Source: a virus
Reading direction: 5' to 3' (one strand)
DNA: 50,826 bases
Virus record (IMG/VR): IMGVR_UViG_3300025669_000046
Location: 1 to 50,826 of that record
The number at the start of each line of letters is the position of its first letter. Within the stretch, counting starts at the first letter, position 1. Of the stretch, positions 26,993 to 35,252 are shown piece after piece. The notes under the pieces are model-generated. The model made no database searches and was not told the DNA's origin. It was given only the letters and a program-made list of their open reading frames with translations. The position numbers were made by a program, and so were the translations under genes.

Positions 26993-27175
26993 TCACCTCT
27001 TTAACTTCTTACGTTTGGTGTCATAGTTATTCACAACCATCATGTCCAGAACAAATCCACCAACCATGAATCCGCTCAGAAAGACCCAGTCGCTTATGAT
27101 TATGCAGTAGACTATGATAAACAACGCTAGTACACCGAATATAATGTTCAACTCTTTTGATATACCTATTTTCAT
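26993..27175 (-). CDS. Small two-helix membrane protein
   Basis: IIFGVLALFIIVYCIIISDWVFLSGFMVGGFVL. Confidence 0.55.
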   Translation of the reverse strand: MKIGISKELNIIFGVLALFIIVYCIIISDWVFLSGFMVGGFVLDMMVVNNYDTKRKKLKR

Positions 27176-27183
27176 ATCCTCAC

Positions 27184-28245
27184 CTATTCAGTATCCTCGA
27201 AGTACACCTTTTGGTAATGTTTCCAGGCATCACCAGTTGTATTATTATTTATTATATTATATTTTTTAAAATTTATACAATATATATCACCATAATTATT
27301 ATGATATCTAATATTAATAATCATTTTTATACCTTTATTATTAAGTTTATTGTGTATATTCCAATCATCATTATCTGTGTACCTGAAGAAATCACCGACC
27401 TTTAAGTCCTTGAACTCACAATCACGTAAGACTGCCTTTTTATTAGAATCTTTTAAATCTGCAATCCATTCATTAGAACTTGTGTCAATTTGCAATCCAT
27501 TCTTATTAGTATACATTATTTGTTTTTTATTATATGGATTGATTAAACTTGTTTCACTAAGCCCATAAAACAACTCACTCACGTCCAGCTCATCCTTAAC
27601 CGTGTCCTCGAAGGCTTTATAACTCTCTTCAGAAATAAAAACCTCATTACCATTCTCTAAAACTATCTTCTTACTCATACTTAATTTCTCCTTTTTTATA
27701 TTATTAAATTTCACAAAACATTCTGGAAAAAATTTATGATAAAAATCCAATATTCCTGGATTTGGACCTATACAAAATTCTTTAACCAATGGGTGTTCAT
27801 CTCCAAGAATATCCTGCCAAGTCACTTCTTTATTTTTATGATTATCAAAGAATACAGAATCGCTATATGTATAATATATTCTAGTGTTCATGATATAAAA
27901 ACACAAATCATCATGATCAAAATTTAATACTCTTTTATCATCATAACACCATTCATATCCACATCTGAACAACTTCTCCTGGACTGCCATGCTGATCTCT
28001 TTGCTCGGGATCTTGATCTTTATATCCTCATAAATCTTAAAGGGTAACATAGGCTTTGATTCTTTTGCTAACTCTAACTGATCATCAAACCAACACCAAT
28101 CAGCATCCTCATTTAATTTATAAGACCCATCAATATTCACATTTTTAATTTCATACATTCTATCATAATATTTTTCAATATTACATATGTCATAATCATC
28201 ACAGCCTTTTATAACCCTAACTCTATCACCAATCTTAAATCTCAT
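27184..28245 (-). CDS. Mosaic hypothetical protein with N-terminal SH3/KOW-like (YorP-type) module
   Basis: MRFKIGDRVRVI...YKLNEDADWCWFDDQLEL; second LKVGDFF module near the C-terminus. Confidence 0.6.
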   Translation of the reverse strand: MRFKIGDRVRVIKGCDDYDICNIEKYYDRMYEIKNVNIDGSYKLNEDADWCWFDDQLELAKESKPMLPFKIYEDIKIKIPSKEISMAVQEKLFRCGYEWCYDDKRVLNFDHDDLCFYIMNTRIYYTYSDSVFFDNHKNKEVTWQDILGDEHPLVKEFCIGPNPGILDFYHKFFPECFVKFNNIKKEKLSMSKKIVLENGNEVFISEESYKAFEDTVKDELDVSELFYGLSETSLINPYNKKQIMYTNKNGLQIDTSSNEWIADLKDSNKKAVLRDCEFKDLKVGDFFRYTDNDDWNIHNKLNNKGIKMIINIRYHNNYGDIYCINFKKYNIINNNTTGDAWKHYQKVYFEDTE

Positions 28246-28423
28246 CTTTTCCCACCTTCACTAACGCTTTATAAATTAACTTATTATTAATATACCCAAT
28301 CAAATCAGCATCATTCATTTTCTTAATCTTCCCACACTCAGCAATCTCAGCCTGAGTCAAAACTAATGTAGGAATAGTCTCTACAGATTTTTGAATATTA
28401 TAATTATCTTTATCCTTCTTCAT
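28235..28423 (-). CDS. Hypothetical micro-protein
   Basis: ORF track, 62 aa. Confidence 0.5.
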   Translation of the reverse strand: MKKDKDNYNIQKSVETIPTLVLTQAEIAECGKIKKMNDADLIGYINNKLIYKALVKVGKDEI

Positions 28424-28425
28424 CT

Positions 28426-28611
28426 CTATCTCTCTCTGAGCTCGACACTCTGGTAATTAAATACAGAATTTAAATAAATAGTACTACTTTTAATTGTATG
28501 TTCTTCATCAAAAAATACATAATAAATCTTTTCATTCTCAACCTTAGTTATTAAACATATATTTTTATTATCTTTATTATTTTCATAATTCCAATCATTC
28601 TTATCCACCAT
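28426..28611 (-). CDS. Hypothetical micro-protein
   Basis: ORF track, 61 aa, directly downstream of the promoter at 28642-28673. Confidence 0.5.
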   Translation of the reverse strand: MVDKNDWNYENNKDNKNICLITKVENEKIYYVFFDEEHTIKSSTIYLNSVFNYQSVELRER

Positions 28612-28641
28612 ACTTAATCATTTCCTAATGTCATATATAAT

Positions 28642-28673
28642 TATATACCAAAACATTTATAAACATATTTATT
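28642..28673 (-). promoter_or_regulatory. Early-type BRE-TATA promoter with TTTTGGTA element
   Basis: AATAAATATGTTTATAAATGTTTTGGTATATA, identical to 36549-36580 on the + strand. Confidence 0.75.
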
Positions 28674-28706
28674 TATGTAAATAATATTCATTATCAATAA
28701 TTGATA

Positions 28707-29051
28707 TTATCTATTTAAGTATATAATCAACCCGACTATTATGATCGAAAGCAATGTAATTAGTATGTACAGGTTCTGGAAATTATAACTCACGATCTCG
28801 TTCAGGTTATGCTGAAGATTGAAGATCTCGGAGTTAGCATCACAGGTCGATGTAGTCCAACCATGAACAGCTAATCCATTAAGCTCATAACTTATTTCTG
28901 CATCACAACCATAACTCTCAAATATAGCCTTATGAATATTCTCATGCGAGTCCAGATGTATCATACTCACAACCATGTACACAACAATGATCGCACCTAT
29001 ATAAAAAATTATACTCTTAGTATACTCGTTCATATATATATTACGTACCAA
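28707..29051 (-). CDS. Membrane protein (two TM helices)
   Basis: IIFYIGAIIVVYMVVSMI and LYILITLLSIIIVGLIIYL. Confidence 0.6.
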   Translation of the reverse strand: MVRNIYMNEYTKSIIFYIGAIIVVYMVVSMIHLDSHENIHKAIFESYGCDAEISYELNGLAVHGWTTSTCDANSEIFNLQHNLNEIVSYNFQNLYILITLLSIIIVGLIIYLNR

Positions 29052-29073
29052 AACATTTATAAAGGTATTTATT
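29042..29073 (-). promoter_or_regulatory. Early-type BRE-TATA promoter
   Basis: AATAAATACCTTTATAAATGTTTTGGTACGTA. Confidence 0.7.
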
Positions 29074-29103
29074 TACATAAATGTTTTATATAAAGGATCT
29101 CAA

Positions 29104-29217
29104 GCATTTATGCTACGCATGTATGCTACGCATGTATGCTACGCATGTATGCTATGCATGTATGCTATGCATGTATGCTACGCATGTATGCTACGCATAT
29201 ATGCTATGCATGTATGC
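29104..29217. repeat. 13-bp tandem array (GCATGTATGCTAY) x8 plus a partial unit
   Basis: Units start at 29104, 29117, 29130, 29143, 29156, 29169, 29182, 29195 and 29208 (10 bp partial). Confidence 0.95.
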
Positions 29218-29250
29218 ACCCCTATAAAGATCTTAATCCAGGGGGTACAG

Positions 29251-29278
29251 CACCCCTATAAAGATCTTTATAGGGGTG
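29251..29278. repeat. Perfect 28-bp palindrome CACCCCTATAA-AGATCT-TTATAGGGGTG
   Basis: Self-complementary. A 19-bp direct copy of the left part lies at 29216-29234 and a third TATAAAGATCTT lies near 29312. Confidence 0.9.
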
Positions 29279-29395
29279 TAATATGCATAAATATGTATAA
29301 ATATATACATATATAAAGATCTTAAACAAATAAGTGAAATATAACACACCTACACCTAATTGGGTATAATAGATGTAAAAATATAAGAGTGTCTA

Positions 29396-29473
29396 AAAAC
29401 ATAACACACCCATACCAAAATATGTGATCAATAGGAACTGACAATATAAATCAGTATGGGTGTGTTATGTTTT
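29396..29473. repeat. 20-bp perfect inverted repeat with 38-bp spacer
   Basis: aaaacataacacacccatac (29396-29415) and gtatgggtgtgttatgtttt (29454-29473). Confidence 0.85.
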
Positions 29474-29551
29474 ATATGGGGTAACTATAACCTGTAAATC
29501 TCAGGTACTTAGTAACTATGTACTGAGTAATATGTACTAAGTACTAAGCAA

Positions 29552-30226
29552 TTATTTAGTATTGAATTTGTCCATGAACTCGTCCATTGACACGGTCTCG
29601 CTGTTTACATTGATGTTCACATTCTTCGATCCTTCAATTATACGATCCAGCTTCTCGATTGCGTCGATCGTGAGTTTACTCAGATCCACCTTCAGTCTCT
29701 CAATTGGGTTCAGTACGAAACTAGAATTCTCGTTCTTGTCATAAACCCTCTGGAGCATGCCGTGCTTGTGACTGTATATATTAGCTCGGATCAGATCGGA
29801 CTTACTCATTAATAAATTATTCACAATCTCATAAACTCGAGGATCATCCAGGTCATACTTATTATTGAATCGTATCACTGTTTTATTCAACTCATCCTCT
29901 TGGTATTTGCATTTAATATGATTCTCTGTGCAGTAATCAGCCGCGTTATGAAGTGCCTTGCTTTTTATTTTATTCCAGACATTTAAAAATAAAGGTTCAT
30001 TATCATCATAAATCTCTTTCACATCATTATCCTTTAATGATTCCTCATATGCCTCATGCTTGAATCGTAAAATTAAATCATGTTGACAATCACAATTTAA
30101 TAAATGTTGATAATCACAATTTGGTAATAATGAATCTACTAAATTATTCTGAAATTGTGTCTTTAAATTTATACTCTCTTTCTTTAATTCTATATTAATA
30201 TTATCATTATTAATTACATTACTCAA
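29552..30226 (-). CDS. Putative terminase small subunit
   Basis: C-terminal HGMLQRVYDKNENSSFVLNPIERLKVDLSK resembles the P27-type TerS G...NP motif; 224 aa, same strand as TerL. Weak assignment. Confidence 0.4.
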   Translation of the reverse strand: MSNVINNDNINIELKKESINLKTQFQNNLVDSLLPNCDYQHLLNCDCQHDLILRFKHEAYEESLKDNDVKEIYDDNEPLFLNVWNKIKSKALHNAADYCTENHIKCKYQEDELNKTVIRFNNKYDLDDPRVYEIVNNLLMSKSDLIRANIYSHKHGMLQRVYDKNENSSFVLNPIERLKVDLSKLTIDAIEKLDRIIEGSKNVNINVNSETVSMDEFMDKFNTK

Positions 30227-30379
30227 AAATTATCACCAAATATAGATAATATATGAATAAAAATATTTATAAATATATTTATTTTTTTAGGCTTATATAA
30301 TATATAAAATATATTATACTCATTATCTCTTTTCTCATTTCACAAAAAAAAAAAAGAAAAAGTATATCAAAAGCTTATA

Positions 30380-30800
30380 TTAGATTTATTCTATTTATTT
30401 CATTTATTCCTTAATAATAAATAGAATAAATAAAATAAATTTATTTTTATTTATTTATTATTATTATTATAATAATAAATAAGGTTAATATATGTATTAA
30501 TTATACAAAATTAATACAAATTTATGTAGATAAATATGTTTAAACTTAGTGTTTATAATACATTTATGTATTAATTTACACTTATAAATATGACCATTAA
30601 TTATTTATAATTAACTAATTTCCCAACTTTTTCATCAAATTAATTTAATAACCCTATAAAATTAACCTATTTTCAGAAAGAATAAATGACGAATAAATGA
30701 AGAATAAATGGAAAATATTAATTTATTAATTATATACAATTAACAATTTATTCACCATTTATTCTTCATTTATTTTGGTTTATTCACCTATAATTATTCA
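30380..30800. other. Candidate replication origin in the divergent AT-rich intergenic region
   Basis: GAATAAATG x3 (30680, 30691, 30702) and a 20-bp perfect inverted repeat (30692-30711 / 30755-30774) around an AT-rich spacer, upstream of the MCM-like gene. Confidence 0.5.
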
Positions 30801-30901
30801 TGGTTACTAAATTAATTTAGGTTTTTCATAGATATTACTAAAGTATTATTAATATAATAACAATAAAACCCCAACAATTTCTATTATAATTTATAATTTA
30901 T

Positions 30902-30933
30902 TATAATAACCTTTATAAACATTTTGGTATATA
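30902..30933 (+). promoter_or_regulatory. Early-type BRE-TATA promoter
   Basis: TATAATAACCTTTATAAACATTTTGGTATATA, upstream of 30976. Confidence 0.7.
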
Positions 30934-30975
30934 ATTATATTAAATAATTCAATAATATTATCAGGAGGAATTAAT

Positions 30976-31191
30976 ATGGTTCAGAACTTAATATTTTTAG
31001 ATAATGATTTAAACAATAAATTAAAGGTTTATGCGAGTATGAAATCTATGTCTAAGAATGATTGCATTATATACATTTTAAAGGAATATTTGGATAACAA
31101 TTTAGATTATAAGTCTTTAGAGTTACAATCTGGTAATTCGCAATCGAGTATTTCAGAGCTTAATATAGAATCAGAAGAAAAAACTAAGTAA
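30976..31191 (+). CDS. Ribbon-helix-helix (CopG/Arc-like) DNA-binding protein
   Basis: LIFLDNDLNNKLKVYASMKSMSKNDCIIYILKEYL; GGAGG RBS. Confidence 0.65.
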   Translation: MVQNLIFLDNDLNNKLKVYASMKSMSKNDCIIYILKEYLDNNLDYKSLELQSGNSQSSISELNIESEEKTK

Positions 31192-31253
31192 TAATATAGA
31201 ATATATAATAATATAGAATATATAATATATATATGAGATATAGATGATAATTA

Positions 31254-34127
31254 ATGGGCAATAATTTAAATACAAATCATATAGTTAGAAATGAAATGAT
31301 GAATTTGTTTCCGCAGATTAAGAAGTATTGTGGGAACACGACTGGGTCATTTCTAAACACACCAATTTTTGTTATATTATATTTATTATACAGTGATAAT
31401 AGATTTAATAGTATAAAAAATCATGTGTATAAAGAAGATGGGATGATATATTTATATTATCATCAATATAATAGCATAGAAGATTTTAATAAAATGTCTA
31501 AAAAAGATAAAATTGAAGAGAATATAATATTTTATAAATTTCTAAATAATAATGGGAATAAGAACCAAACAAAGAGAGTAATGAATTTATTAAATCAGTA
31601 CCAAGGAAATAAGGATTTAATGGATATTAAGCTTGACCATTCGAACTTTGCGTATTATATAAGATTCAATGAGAATATTAGTAATATATTCATAAACTAT
31701 TTCGAAAGAATTATAAAGAATAATGGGAGATATAACAATCCGAATAATGAGATTAGAACTAGCATGGATGATGAAAATGATAATAATGAAAATGAAAATA
31801 ATGAAAATATAAATAAAGAGAATATAAATAGCATAATAAAGAATAATATTGTAACAGTGACTGATTATTTTATTGATAAAAAATTTAAGACATTACAAGA
31901 GGCTAAGGATATATATAAAAATAAATGTATATACATTCCGAATAGATTCAAGGAAGATCCACAATGCATACTTAATAATTATTATAATTATTACATTCCT
32001 AAGATTGCGTTTTCGATGATGGACTTTCATAAATTAATAAATTCTAATGATGATTGTAGATTTATAATGAATCCCGAAATTAAGATATCCACGTTCGATT
32101 ATAATGCACTCGGGATGGTGCAGAATGTGCAATTTAGAATTGATGAGATAATAGAAATTAATGAATCATCTGGAGAAAAGTTCGTAGCAATGTATAAATA
32201 TATCTGCCCGAGAAAAGAATGCCACGAGAGTGTGCAGATTCTACCAGAGGACATTCATCAAGAACTTCTACATGGATGTAAGAATTATATAACAGAAGAT
32301 AATAGACAAAAGTTTACGAAAATTAAACCTTCTGCATTGAAAAATGATAAAATGAAGTATATATATCTATATAAATGTAAGATTAAAATTGCTGAGAATA
32401 AAGGGAAAAAGAATTGGAAGGAGATATATATATATAGCTTTAATAATGATATGAAAATTGGTAGATATTATGGGAATATAATTGTGTTTGATGATAAATT
32501 GAATAAAGATGAATCTAAAAATCGGACATTAGTGTTCTTACTCGGATATAACATGATTAAACCAGATGCGAATATAGAAATGATAAATAATGAGACTGTA
32601 CAGAGTGCTAGCAAAAGTTTCTGTGAGAAGATCGGAATGCCACATATTAGACTTATAGATACTGTGTTCGGTGTAAGGTATGTATACAAAAAGTTCACGA
32701 ACTTCGATTTCGAGGATAAAGGGATGTGGCTACAGATTATCACGACCATATCAGAACTCGCAAGGAATCTTTTCGAGCATGAGAAGTTCGGGATTAATGT
32801 GATTAGTAACATGTCACTCGGAAAAACTTTCATTGCGACTAAGTTCGCGCAAATGCTGGACTTGAAGTTCAAGCATTCACCAGATATATCATCGAACATG
32901 AGCGAAAAGGGATTCACGGGTGGAATTAATAATAATGGAATGAACATTAATGGTGTGAATATCAAGACTTTTCAGAAGGGTATTGTTTCATTTGGGGGTA
33001 CAATTGTCATGGATGAAGCGACTAAATTCTTTACTGATAGTAACTATAACATGGCATTAAAAGGATTCTTTAATAAGAATATAGACATTGCCAAGATTGG
33101 GGGGAAGACACTTGAGGTTGATTATACACCGATTATGCTTTCGAACTTCGATAGAATTGATAAAGAATATAGAAATGATATATATAAATATTATAAAACT
33201 AAATGCTTCAAAAATAATGAAGAAGAGATTAATATTCATGAAAATTCGAACACTGAGATCCTGAGATATTTAAATAAAATAGATTTATATTTACCAATAT
33301 CATATTACCAAAATAGTCCGATTGAGAATAAAATACTCGCAGAGTCTGTGTATTATGTTCGGAATGTCTGGACAAAGAATAAGAAGCTAGACTATAAAAA
33401 TGGGGGATTAATTGAGGCAATGAATAGAATATTCTTTAATGTCTCGGTTTGGAATACATTGAATGTAAAAAAGAAGAAGTTTAAATCTGCACATAATATG
33501 CTATGTGACATTGAGGATGAGATATTACCAATAAATGAATTTATTGATCAGATTCATGAATATTATAATCCTGAGAATAAGAATATACAATTATTTTATG
33601 AATATAAAATGTCCGGGAGCAAGGAAGAAAAGCAGATAAAGAAGTTATATAGTAGTATAGAGAAATGGCTCGAGGGCAAGGACTGCGAGAACATGATTGA
33701 GTTTATTACAAACAGCACATATGAAATAGACCCAAAGACAGAGTCGTTATTGCATTCTATGATTGCAGTGATTCAGTTATGTGAGGACATAAATTCAACA
33801 GAAATTTCTGAGAACGTGAAAAAGTGGGTTGTGTTATTAGTTCTGAAAAATAATAGAGGAATTTCAGAGAGAGAATATAATTTTGAAAAGAACTTAATGC
33901 ATATTGATGTTGTGAATTATGATGTGATTGAGCTTGAGGAAGAATTAAAAGAAATTACTGAAGAGAATAAAATTAATGAAAAAGCTAGAATTGAATTACA
34001 AAAAGAGAAGATACAGAAAAAAGAAGAAAATATAAATAATCCGAATGAAAATGAATTGAATGAAAATAAAGACATGAGCATTGAAATTAATAATATAAAC
34101 GAAAAAGAATTTAATGAAATAGAATAA
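31254..34127 (+). CDS. mcm: MCM-like replicative helicase with N-terminal extension
   Basis: Zn finger YKYICPRKEC...HGCKNY, P-loop SNMSLGKT, SEKGFTGG, KGIVSFGGTIVMDEATKF (cf. MCM GALVLADGGICCIDEFDKM), IAKIGG, sensor region NRIFF. Confidence 0.75.
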   Translation: MGNNLNTNHIVRNEMMNLFPQIKKYCGNTTGSFLNTPIFVILYLLYSDNRFNSIKNHVYKEDGMIYLYYHQYNSIEDFNKMSKKDKIEENIIFYKFLNNNGNKNQTKRVMNLLNQYQGNKDLMDIKLDHSNFAYYIRFNENISNIFINYFERIIKNNGRYNNPNNEIRTSMDDENDNNENENNENINKENINSIIKNNIVTVTDYFIDKKFKTLQEAKDIYKNKCIYIPNRFKEDPQCILNNYYNYYIPKIAFSMMDFHKLINSNDDCRFIMNPEIKISTFDYNALGMVQNVQFRIDEIIEINESSGEKFVAMYKYICPRKECHESVQILPEDIHQELLHGCKNYITEDNRQKFTKIKPSALKNDKMKYIYLYKCKIKIAENKGKKNWKEIYIYSFNNDMKIGRYYGNIIVFDDKLNKDESKNRTLVFLLGYNMIKPDANIEMINNETVQSASKSFCEKIGMPHIRLIDTVFGVRYVYKKFTNFDFEDKGMWLQIITTISELARNLFEHEKFGINVISNMSLGKTFIATKFAQMLDLKFKHSPDISSNMSEKGFTGGINNNGMNINGVNIKTFQKGIVSFGGTIVMDEATKFFTDSNYNMALKGFFNKNIDIAKIGGKTLEVDYTPIMLSNFDRIDKEYRNDIYKYYKTKCFKNNEEEINIHENSNTEILRYLNKIDLYLPISYYQNSPIENKILAESVYYVRNVWTKNKKLDYKNGGLIEAMNRIFFNVSVWNTLNVKKKKFKSAHNMLCDIEDEILPINEFIDQIHEYYNPENKNIQLFYEYKMSGSKEEKQIKKLYSSIEKWLEGKDCENMIEFITNSTYEIDPKTESLLHSMIAVIQLCEDINSTEISENVKKWVVLLVLKNNRGISEREYNFEKNLMHIDVVNYDVIELEEELKEITEENKINEKARIELQKEKIQKKEENINNPNENELNENKDMSIEINNINEKEFNEIE

Positions 34128-34283
34128 ATAGAATATAAAAAATGGAGATGCAGAATTAAATAGTATGAATAGTGAGGAATTCGAAGACATACAATAATAA
34201 ATTAAATACATTTAAAAAGGTTTTTATATATAATATTATTATAATAGTAGTATTATATTAATATATAGTATGGAGAATATAAT

Positions 34284-34400
34284 ATGAACTTAACACAAAT
34301 ACAAGTAACAGTAAAAACTAGAGAATTATTGAAATCAAAAAAGATTACAAATAGAGAATCTTATGATGAAATAATTAATAGATTAATAAAAATTAATTGA
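34284..34400 (+). CDS. Small archaeal-type RHH/antitoxin-like protein (38 aa)
   Basis: Not in track: MNLTQIQVTVKTRELLKSKKITNRESYDEIINRLIKIN, matching the TxIQV..T...L...K....ESYDE.I.RL pattern. Confidence 0.65.
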   Translation: MNLTQIQVTVKTRELLKSKKITNRESYDEIINRLIKIN

Positions 34401-34406
34401 GAATAA

Positions 34407-35252
34407 ATGAGAAAAGGACAGAAAATTTCAGAAGAAACAAGAAAAAAAATGAGTGAATGGCATAAAGGAAAAATATGTTCTAAAGAAACACGAAAAAAAA
34501 TGAGTATAGTAAATAAAGGAAAAATATTATCAGAAGAAACAAAAAATAAAATAAGTATAGCAAAGAAAGGACATAAAGTTTCAGAAGAAACAAAAATAAA
34601 GATTGGATTAGCAAATAAGGGGCATATAGCTTGGAATAAAGGAAAAGAACGTTCAAAAGAAACAAGACAAAAAATAAGTAAATCAAATAAAGGTAGAATT
34701 TCACCAATGAAAGGTAAAAACCATTTAGAAGAAACAAAAAGAAAAATGAGTTTAGTTCATAAAGGAAAAATAATGTCACAAGAAGCAAAAAAAAAAATGA
34801 GTATTGTAAAAAAAGGATGTATTCCTTGGATTAAAGGTAAAACACATTCAATAGAAACAAAAAAAAAATTAAGTGAATATCGTAAAGGTAAAACACATTC
34901 AATAGAAACAAAAAAAAAATTAAGAATTATACGTTTAGAACAAATTAAAAAATATTTTAATTCTCAACCATATATAAATGTAGGAGGAAAGAATGAAAGT
35001 CAGATATTAGATAATATTGAAAATATTGATAATATTATTATTAATAGAGATTTTACATGTATAGGTTATCATCCTGACGGTTATTGTAAAGAAACAAATA
35101 CAATATATGAAATTGATGAAAAATATCATTTTGATTATAATGGGAATATAAATAAGAAAGATATAATAAGACAGAATAATTTAATTGAGAAATTGAATTG
35201 TGAGTTTGTTAGGATAAAGGATTTTGAAGATTCTAAATATTTTAAGGTGTAA
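34407..35252 (+). CDS. NUMOD3-repeat PD-(D/E)xK homing endonuclease
   Basis: About nine NUMOD3 units (KGKxxSEETKxKxS); C-terminus YHPDGYC...IYEIDEKYH...KDIIRQ. Confidence 0.85.
   Translation: MRKGQKISEETRKKMSEWHKGKICSKETRKKMSIVNKGKILSEETKNKISIAKKGHKVSEETKIKIGLANKGHIAWNKGKERSKETRQKISKSNKGRISPMKGKNHLEETKRKMSLVHKGKIMSQEAKKKMSIVKKGCIPWIKGKTHSIETKKKLSEYRKGKTHSIETKKKLRIIRLEQIKKYFNSQPYINVGGKNESQILDNIENIDNIIINRDFTCIGYHPDGYCKETNTIYEIDEKYHFDYNGNINKKDIIRQNNLIEKLNCEFVRIKDFEDSKYFKV

Noticed and set aside
29104-29217. 13-bp array as a CRISPR array
   Set aside because: Units are contiguous with no unique spacers, are too short, and no cas operon is present.
29110-29316. 68-aa plus-strand ORF (MLRMYATHVCYAC...)
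   Set aside because: It is simply the translation of the tandem repeat and palindrome, with no RBS and opposite to local gene direction.
29104-29550. Borg-like extrachromosomal element because of tandem repeats
   Set aside because: Tandem repeats are few, and the window has a full HK97-type head and packaging module typical of a tailed virus.
30343-30360. Poly-A run as a retro-insertion tail
   Set aside because: It lies within a generally AT-rich intergenic region with no target-site duplication; more likely a T-tract terminator or sequence noise.
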